A stretch of DNA of 6,185 nucleotides from Anthoceros angustus (Eukaryota > Plantae > Anthocerotophyta): contig VJWM01000442.1 in assembly GCA_010909165.1 (NCBI GenBank), positions 1 through 6,185 of the forward strand. The letters run 5' to 3'. A program made the position numbers and the translations under genes. The notes under the pieces were generated by a model that saw only the letters and a program-made list of their open reading frames with translations, was not told where the DNA came from and made no database searches. Below, one piece after another: positions 1 through 6,185 of the stretch. Position 1 is the stretch's first letter, and every line of letters begins with the position of its first letter.

Positions 1-199
1 TGGTAAAAGGTTTGTAATTTAAAAGTAACTAATATCGGTGACTTCATTAACATACTCGTTACATACGTATAGAATACGTAGTATAGCCATCATATCGATG
101 TCTTGGACTTTACCACGGACACTAACGCTATGTGATTACTCGACATTTTACTACGGGGTAGTAAAACGTTGTAAAGTCCGTAGTAATCCGTGGTAAAAG
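1..199. repeat. CACTA subterminal repeat cluster, motif CCGT(A/G)GTAAA(A)
   Basis: Forward copies: TGGTAAAAG 1-9 (partial), GTAGTAAAA 158-166, ACGTTGTAAAGTCC 166-179, CCGTAGTAA 178-186, CCGTGGTAAAAG 188-199. Inverted copies: GGACTTTACCACGG 105-118, TTTTACTACGG 146-156. Confidence 0.75.
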
Positions 200-204
200 T
201 ACAC

Positions 205-217
205 TTTCCTAGTAGTG
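205..217 (-). repeat. CACTA terminal inverted repeat (right copy)
   Basis: Reverse complement reads CACTACTAGGAAA. The adjacent AGA (218-220) is the candidate 3-bp target-site duplication; the partner TIR is outside the window. Confidence 0.8.
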
Positions 218-1057
218 AGAAGAGCGGAGGATCCCAAAATAGTGGAAATTGCAAGGAGATTGCAAGTAGCAAGGCATGCAAGAGCTCGGACTCAAGCGGT
301 GGCCAGAGCTGTTGTCAGAAAGCTTGCTCGATGGGGACTGAGCCATCCGGGGAGCGGCGACTTGAGGCGTGCCAAGTTCGAGTTTTGAAATTTGTCGGGA
401 CCCGCAGCCAGCAAAGCTGAGGTGGGCACGGGCATTCTCGACCTACTTGAGCGGTGAGTATGAGAAAGGAGAAGGTTGATTTCAGCCCATTACACGATCA
501 CTTGGCGGGCGTGGTGGGACAGCAGAAAGGCGACAAAAAGAGACAAGCCTACCATCCAATCTTGGGATGTCATGAAGTCAGCTGCAGACCTTTTGCCCAA
601 GGATCACAAAGAAAGGTGTTGAGTCGGCATGAGTGCAGCGTTGAAGCACACGGAGCAGAAGACTTTCACCTTGCATTCATGAAGGCAATGTTAAAGCGCG
701 GATCTCGAGCAAGCAAAATTGGCAAGCTTTGCGATGCGATCAAACACGAATACAAGCTCGGGATTAAGCGGCGCATTATAAGGCGGATACAGCGGTGGAC
801 ATCGAGCACTACGGTGTGAAGGCCCGACGGTATTGTCTCATCGGTAGCCACAAACAACGGTGACGGCTACTCACGGCTACCCGAGTGAAATACCACGCTC
901 CCACATGGAAGCCAAGATTTGAACACAAGGCCAGTCGCTACAAATGAGTCGGCAGGAGAATTAAATCCCGAATTCGAGGCGTAGTGATGGAGAAAAAGAA
1001 TTCATGGCCAAAGGGCTTTGCTTCATATGTGCGGAGCCGAATCATTTTAGAGGCTGC
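218..1057 (+). pseudogene. gag: Retrotransposon Gag (capsid-like region plus nucleocapsid zinc knuckle), frameshifted
   Basis: AWWDSRKATKRDKPTIQSWDVMKSA at 509-583 fits the A..WW...I.SW..MK retrotransposon gag pattern. A KFVG fragment lies near 387-398 and a SVE fragment near 635-645. MAKGLCFICAEPNHFRGC at 1004-1057 is a zinc knuckle. The 5' boundary is set by the CACTA junction and is uncertain. Confidence 0.85.
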
Positions 1058-1273
1058 CTTACAGTATGGTAAGTGGTGAGAGCCACCGAAATAATGGAGC
1101 AACTCCACAGGCATGCCGTTGCCAAAGTTAATGCTTGCACAGAGTGCAGCCCGAATCAAGTGATGAGGCGCACATCGAGAGCAACAAGTCGGATGGTTGT
1201 AAGAATGGCGCTGCCAGAGAGAGCTGGAAAAAACCAAGACTGCAGTGAGACTTACGAACATCGACACCGATCC

Positions 1274-1567
1274 ATGTTGATGGCATGTTGGGTGGCGAGA
1301 CCGGTGTCCTTTCTCATTGATGGAGGCTCAACACACGATTATGTGCAGGCGGCGATAGCGAGAGATGCACCGGTGTCAAGTGGTTTTGCAAGGAAATGGA
1401 ACAATACATGAAGTTAGCCAATGGAGCCATCGAAAGAGTAAACATGCACGAAATCCAAGTGACATCTCCTTTCAAGGGTATGAAGAACGATTCGGGGCTC
1501 AAGTCCTAGATGCCTTTGTCACATGAAGTCTTATTAGGGCGAGGATTGGCTATGGCGGCTTGACCCG
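1274..1567 (+). pseudogene. pol: Retroviral-type aspartic protease domain of Pol
   Basis: PVSFLIDGGSTHDYV at 1301-1345 (catalytic Asp at 1319-1321; compare LIDSGSTHNF), MKLANG at 1408-1425, and HEVLLGR / DWLWRLDP at 1522-1567 across a frameshift. Confidence 0.9.
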
Positions 1568-1844
1568 AAATATCATTCGGGAGGCATGAAATGACGTTGG
1601 TGGAAAGGAGAGAGGTGGCGGTCAAGGGCTCTCACCAACGTCCGAGCATCAAGCTCTTTTCGGCGGATCGGGAAGGCCATCAAAGCTGGAACGTTGGAGT
1701 ATCGCCTTCTTGTTGCGCGAGCGTGAGCAAGAGCAAGCTGCACAAGCAGCGGATGTCGAACCACCGGTCGGATCAAAAGAAAGCGAGAACCCCAAGAGTG
1801 AAGGAAATTTTGGAAGCGGTTCAAAGCGTTTTGAGGAGACACAA

Positions 1845-2490
1845 GGATTGCCACCAAGGCGTGATGTGGATCATGCAATAGATCTCATCCACAGAAAAAC
1901 ACCGTCGCCCTATAGACTAGCACCACCGGAGAACTTCGGTGCAAGCTGCGATGGGCGACCTTTTGAAGAAAGGCCTCATAGAGAGTCTGTGTCCCCATCT
2001 GCAGAGCTCCAGTCTTGATTGTCAAGCACGAATGGCAAAGTGCGCATGTGCATAGACTACAGGGTTGAACGCTTCCACGGTGAAGAATCGGTTTTGAGAT
2101 GCGCATCGAAGAAATATTGGATAATCTTGTGAGCCCGGTGTTTAGCAAGGTGGATCTGCAGGCGGTTCCATCAAATCCGCATCAAGGCGGGCGAATTCAA
2201 ATCCGCCTTGAACACAGTGGGCACTATGTTCCTTGTGCCTTTTGGTATGACCACGCCTTGCAAGCTTTACAACTTTGATGACCAAGATTTTGAGGCCGTG
2301 CACAGGCAAGTTAGGAAGTATTTGTGGGCGATATTACGGTGTACTCCAATGCTGCGGACCACAAAGCACCTCACATTAGTCTTGTGACTTTGAGAGAGCA
2401 CATTTGCTAGAAGAAAGAAGTCGATTCTTGACAAGGTGCATTATCTGGGCTTCATAGTATCCACTGGTGTAGAAGTTGACCCGAGAAGGT
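1845..2490 (+). pseudogene. pol: Reverse transcriptase domain of Pol
   Basis: GLPPRRDVDHAIDLI 1845-1889, PYRLAPPE from 1908, RMCIDYR 2043-2063, FSKVDL 2141-2158, FHQIRIK 2166-2186, GHY.FLV.PFGMT 2219-2252, VFVGDITVYS from 2318 (YxDD position), HYLGFIVS 2439-2462, VEVDP ending at 2483. The motifs lie in shifting frames. Confidence 0.97.
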
Positions 2491-2691
2491 GCAAGCTATT
2501 GATTAGCCTTGCCCCGAATCTCACGAGATGCACGGTTCACAGGCATGTGTGTGCAAATGAAGTCCTTCATACCTCAATATGCAAAAGACGTTCCACAGGC
2601 CTGCAAGCTTGCAAAATTCCCCATGTCGTGACGTGAGGCATTCGAAACTTGAAAGAGGCAATTGCGTGCTTGTTCTTACATTGCAATGAAG

Positions 2692-2995
2692 AAGCCATTC
2701 GTCGTGAGCAGGCGCTTGACTTTGCATTAAGGCGATCCTGAAGGAAGAGCATCGATTACTTGTCGAGAAATTGCAAGGGCGAGCTCAACTACACCACACA
2801 CACGAGGAGCTTCTAGCGATGGTGTATGCATTAAAAGCACAGACATTACGCATGGGAGTGAGTTTGTTGTGTACGGATCACGATGCGGAGCATTTTACAA
2901 GCAGCCCTTGCTCAACCCTCGACAAAGGAGATGGGCGAATTTGACTTCCATGACAATCTCATATTGCCGCAAAGCCAATTTGATTGCGATGCTTT
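2692..2995 (+). pseudogene. pol: RNase H domain of Pol (gypsy type)
   Basis: KPFVV 2692-2706, HEELLAMVYALK from 2801, TDH 2873-2881, LNPRQRRWA from 2911, and an NLIA/DAL remnant near 2978-2995. Confidence 0.92.
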
Positions 2996-3214
2996 TGGCG
3001 GTTGAGATATGTCTTTAGTAAGTCGGACACATGGAGGCGGTTCGGAGAACACTGCAAGATGAGTATCTAAGTGATGTGTTGACAAAGCTAGAAGGCGATC
3101 TCATCACTAGTAGGCCCGCAACTCGGCGACAAGTTCAAGGTGCACCAAGGGTGCTTGTCTGAGAAAAGGCAAGTTGTGCATACACGCAAGCGCCGACCTC
3201 AAACGGCTCTTTTG

Positions 3215-4126
3215 CATGATGCGCACGACGCTCCCACCGGACACATGGGAATAGATAAGTCTTATTGGCGCTGAACAGCATGTGTGGTGGAAACAAATGA
3301 GGGCGAATGTGTCAAGCATGTGAAGGAGTGCCTACCATGTCCGACCAAGTTCGAGCGCAAGCCACTGGCTGCGCTCATGCCACTCAAGTTCGAGAGATGA
3401 AATGGCAAAGCATGGCTTGCGACTTTGTCACTTGCCCAAGACCGGGAAGGGACATGATGCCATCTCGATGTGCATCGATAGGGTCACCAAGCTAGCTCAT
3501 TTTATTCCGTGAAGGAAGCATCAAAGCCAACACTAGCGCCAATCTTCATCAAAGAGGTGGTATTGCATGGAGTGCCCCAAGAGATCATATCACAGATTCG
3601 ATTCACCAGTTAGTCGACACTTCGGAATCAAGCAAGGGATGAGTAGCATATCATGCCTGGAGTGGAGCAAGTGAGAAGATGAATCAAACAATGGAAGATT
3701 TGCTTAGGCCCTCATCACGACAAGCAAGGAAGCTAGGGACATGCTACCCTTTGGTGGAATTCGCACAACTCGGAACCAGACAGCGGGATACTCTCCTTTC
3801 AAGATGACCTCTGCAACATTCCGCTGGACTTTGGCCCGTGTTGCGGGGGGTTCAAGCCATCGAGCTTAGCGAGAAATGCGAGAAACCTTGGAGGCAACGA
3901 ATGAGAGCCATCAACCAGAGGGTCGACACATGCAAACAAAAATGGCGAGATGAGCAACATGAAGTCGGCGGGTATGGTTAAGAGTGCACAAGCAGTATTC
4001 TAAAAGCAAGAGGGCCAAACATCCTAAAGGTATGTGGGCCCGTTTTGTCACAAGGAAAATTTCACATGTCGACACATGCACGCTGGTTAGGCGCATGCAA
4101 ACTTCCACGTTGCTAAAGAGGTTTGT
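3215..4126 (+). pseudogene. pol: Integrase domain (HHCC zinc finger, DDE core, GPF motif)
   Basis: HDAHDAPTGHMGIDKSY from 3215, VWWKQMR from 3282, KHVKECLPC 3314-3340, WQSMACDFVT from 3403 (first catalytic Asp 3421-3423), LHGVP and EIIS..RFTS about 3563-3610, SEKMNQTMEDLLR from 3670 (catalytic Glu 3673-3675), RYVGPF 4028-4045, and an NFH/LLKRF remnant about 4101-4126. Confidence 0.96.
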
Positions 4127-4293
4127 GGGTCTTGCCCCAACCTGACAATTTTAGGCAGTGACTCCGGTGATGAGGCCGTCAAGCGCAGTTCCAAGCTGGG
4201 CGGTCGGATGCAACCTCCCAAGAGCTCGTAGCCTGAGCAGAAGAAGGGGAGGATCACGGGAGCGGACACAAAACGCAGGAGTTTCAAAGCGGC

Positions 4294-4396
4294 GACAAGC
4301 TAATCTTCCAGCCGCTATTACGGGCGGAGTTGCATGGAAGCATCAAGGAGTACTGGTGGGAGAGTGACCATGGAGAAGAACCCAATTTGGGAGACT
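4294..4396 (+). pseudogene. Probable C-terminal chromodomain of integrase
   Basis: Fragments across frames: DKLIFQP (4294-4314), AI, GSIKEY (to 4353), LV in the adjacent frame, GEE (4372-4380), IWET (4385-4396). These match the P.AIL...EYLVKW...E.TWE chromodomain pattern at the expected position between the GPF motif and the PPT. The reading requires several inferred indels. Confidence 0.6.
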
Positions 4397-4471
4397 CGGG
4401 GCTTTAAATCGATATGTTCCGACATTTAAACAAGTCGAAGAAGCGTGACGAAATGTCTTCATAGTCCGTTC

Positions 4472-4483
4472 GAGAGGAAGGGA
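4472..4483 (+). other. Polypurine tract (plus-strand primer)
   Basis: A 12-nt all-purine run GAGAGGAAGGGA about 75 nt after the chromodomain remnant, immediately followed by TG. Confidence 0.75.
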
Positions 4484-4782
4484 TGATGCGGCCGTATCGC
4501 CGTGAGCCGGTAGCTGAGAAGCTCAAGAAGGACACACGATCGGTGATCCGGATGAGGTGCATACGAGTAAGCCGTCGGTGGTGGGGATGGGATTGCCCCT
4601 GGTTAGCCTGTTGTGGCGGCCCAAGCCCTAGCCACGACAAACGCGCCCCAATCGGATGATCCAGCGGGCGTGGACTACGGACTTCCAGGGGTGAGAAATT
4701 AGGTAGGGTTTTGTTTTTGGGAGTAAAGGATAAAATGAGGCGAAAAAGGGAAATAAGCACGGTTAGCACTCGACGGCACTCA
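4484..4782 (+). repeat. Putative 3' LTR (start fairly supported, end tentative)
   Basis: Begins TGATGCGG directly after the PPT and shows no pol similarity. A candidate end CGGCACTCA (4774-4782) is an imperfect inverted match to the start and ends in CA. No second LTR copy is present in the window to confirm either boundary. Confidence 0.5.
4618..4712 (-). promoter_or_regulatory. Site II-like (TGGGCC) and telo-box (AAACCCTA) motifs within the putative LTR
   Basis: GGCCCA at 4618-4623 and TAGGGTTTT at 4704-4712 on the + strand. Both are short motifs and could occur by chance. Confidence 0.3.
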
Positions 4783-4819
4783 GTGCTCCGGACTGAGTGG
4801 GGAAACGCCTAGGCCTACG

Positions 4820-6185
4820 ATGGCGGCGAAGTGTAATAAGTCCGGACCCACTCCGGGACCGAGGCGGGATAAGTATCGCGAGTAACTTAGAAGTTGGGCG
4901 TGGGGCGGACTGGCGGCGCCACGTGGGCGACTGAGTGGAGGGCATGCGGTCGGGACCGTAACCTTGTCGAGGGCGTTATAGCGGTATTCACGCCCGCGGA
5001 CTACGGCGTAAACGTCTGTGGCGGCGTAGGGCGAGTAAGCCATGCAACCTCAGCGATTCTGCGGAGGAAGAGGCCCTCCCGGTGATTACTCCGGCGTGGT
5101 CGCGGGAGAAGGTCATTTCATTGCCGACCTCGAGACAATTCTCGCGATCCCTTGCGCTCTGATCGGCTCTCTGGCGGTATCTCGTGGGACACTCGGGCGT
5201 CTTGGCGGCTCACCGTTGAGGTCGGGCGCGACAGCGCAACGTGCGGTCTCCGACAAGCGGCTCGGCAGCAAGGGAGGAGAAGGCGATGGCACCCAAAAAG
5301 CCCGGAAGTTTGGGAGCCATGGAACCTTGTGGGCGCAACATTGTGACCATCCGGACTTTGGGCTCTCGCTCGAGCGGGAGGTAGTGCGGGAGTGGCATTT
5401 GGATGTGTTCGGATAGTGCGGACATTTGTGATGTCACTCTGTGGGAGTTTGCGGAAGATCTTGGCGGTCAATAAGGAGGTGCGGTCCAAGAACCTCCGGG
5501 AGGACCAAGCGATGGACCTTGGAGGTCTGAGGCCTAGCCGCCCAAGGAGGAAGAGTGGTGCGGGCCCCTCAAGGCGAAGGGAAGATAGGGCCGACCACAG
5601 CGATGCTAAGGCACAGGGCCAGCGGACCCTGTGTTGGGCGATATCCACATTGGATCGAGTCGAGGCGGTGGCGGATCATTGTCCACTGGAACCTACTCAC
5701 CAGGTGGATCACCTTGGTGATAATCTGATAGTGTTCACCTGTGCGGCCGGGAAAGGCGGGTGAGGAAGGATTATCTTCGCCGGTTTAGCGAGGCTCATAG
5801 CTCGGGGCGAAGCCTTCCATCAGGTCCCCATACGATCCATGTATGGGGGCATTTGACTCCTCAAGGAGAGCTTGGCGCTCGGAAAGGGAGGCCCTGGAAG
5901 TGGAGGCGGGCAAGGGGCCGGGAGGAGGAGGCGGTCGTCGAAACCAAGCGGACTCGGGAGGAGGGGCGGAGAGGATTCGGACTCCATACGTCTGAGCGGA
6001 CCCCTCACCACCCGAAGTATGGGAAGAATTCCCGCCTCCCTCCGTGCCCCAACAGGCAGCCCATCCGGCGGCCCAGGCCCCAGCGGCCCCGCAGCCATCC
6101 TCGGTGAGCCCCGCCGGACGGAGAGGCCGAAGGCCAAGACCCACGGCTGCGGCACCCAGTCGGTGCAGTACCTCTTCCCGCGGGT
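4820..6185 (+). pseudogene. GC-rich, frameshifted ORF-like region, possibly a gypsy-associated extra ORF (Transposase_28/PF04195-like); runs off the window end
   Basis: GC is about 63-82% in hand-counted 60-nt lines. Fragments at 5286-5480 (MAPKK...PCGRNIVTIRTL / FGLSL..EVVREWHL / VRIVRTFVM / HSVGV / LRKILAV) resemble from memory the GL.LP...VL..(Y/W).L..Q..PN..R....F...C...G..P...LFR pattern. A Glu-rich and then Pro/Ala-rich stretch follows. Not verified by any search; both boundaries are uncertain. Confidence 0.35.

Larger units (their letters stand above)
1..217. mobile_element. Right-hand end of a CACTA (En/Spm) DNA transposon, truncated by the window start
   Basis: Ends in TTTCCTAGTAGTG (205-217), whose reverse complement CACTACTAGGAAA is a CACTA-type terminus. 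It is preceded by clustered direct and inverted CCGT(A/G)GTAAA-type subterminal repeats. GC is about 36% over 1-180 by hand count, with an abrupt switch to gag-like sequence at 218. The left end and transposase are not in the window, so orientation is unknown. Confidence 0.8.
218..4483 (+). mobile_element. Ty3/gypsy LTR retrotransposon internal region (chromovirus-type), frameshifted in this sequence
   Basis: Collinear motifs in gypsy order GAG-PR-RT-RH-INT-chromodomain, ending in a PPT (see individual features). The 5' LTR and PBS are not in the window. Confidence 0.97.

Noticed and set aside
1-199. TGGTAAAAG at 1-9 and 191-199 as a tRNA primer-binding site
   Set aside because: It starts TGGTA like a Met PBS but does not continue TCAGAGC. 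It occurs repeatedly and in both orientations as part of the CACTA subterminal motif, and no LTR end precedes it.
1-199. Short spaced repeats as a CRISPR-like array
   Set aside because: The repeats are about 10-14 nt, irregularly spaced, in mixed orientation, and end at a CACTA TIR. There are no cas genes and the context is eukaryotic.
251-282. Four GCAAG copies (251, 262, 269, 278)
   Set aside because: Too short and irregular to call a tandem repeat; compatible with low-complexity gag N-terminal coding sequence.
299-310. GTGGCCAGAGC as a damaged Met PBS (TGGTATCAGAGC)
   Set aside because: It needs two deletions plus a substitution, has no LTR-like CA end in front, and lies inside gag-like open frames.
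1845-2490. RT as part of a prokaryotic retron, DGR, group II intron or defence system
   Set aside because: It is flanked in order by gag, protease, RNase H, integrase and a PPT, and its motifs are of the Ty3/gypsy type.
90-4367. ORF-track entries in this span as independent genes
   Set aside because: The + strand ones are out-of-frame or partial pieces of gag-pol. The - strand ones are short antisense shadows with no recognisable motif.
5302-6025. PEVWE encoded twice (5302-5316 and 6011-6025), differing only at third codon positions
   Set aside because: A rough estimate gives about one chance 5-residue match among all frame pairs in a 1.4-kb region, and the similarity does not extend to either side.
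4780-6155. Long minus-strand ORFs (4780-5043, 5118-5648, 5785-6144, 5820-6155) as the real coding strand
   Set aside because: Long open frames are expected at this GC content and I recognised no domain in them. The only family-like pattern is on the + strand. Not fully excluded without a profile search.

Overview
Eukaryotic, most likely plant, nested transposable-element DNA in three compositional blocks. (1) 1-217: AT-rich right end of a CACTA (En/Spm) DNA transposon, with its TIR at 205-217 and subterminal repeats. (2) 218-~4483: internal region of a + strand Ty3/gypsy LTR retrotransposon with the domain order gag (zinc knuckle) - aspartic protease - RT - RNase H - integrase (HHCC, DDE, GPF) - probable chromodomain, i.e. 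a chromovirus. It ends in a polypurine tract (4472-4483) and a putative 3' LTR starting TGATG at 4484. All domains are recognisable only as motif fragments spread over several frames. The damage is mostly short deletions with few amino-acid changes, which looks more like uncorrected long-read error than ordinary decay. (3) ~4800-6185: a GC-rich, ORF-like segment that I cannot firmly identify. It has a weak resemblance to the extra ORF of non-chromovirus gypsy elements (Transposase_28-like) and a Pro/Ala-rich tail. I found no intact gene, RNA gene, CRISPR array or prokaryotic system. The ORFs in the supplied track are fragments or shadows of these elements. The best novelty candidate is the relationship between the chromovirus and block 3, and it is unproven.
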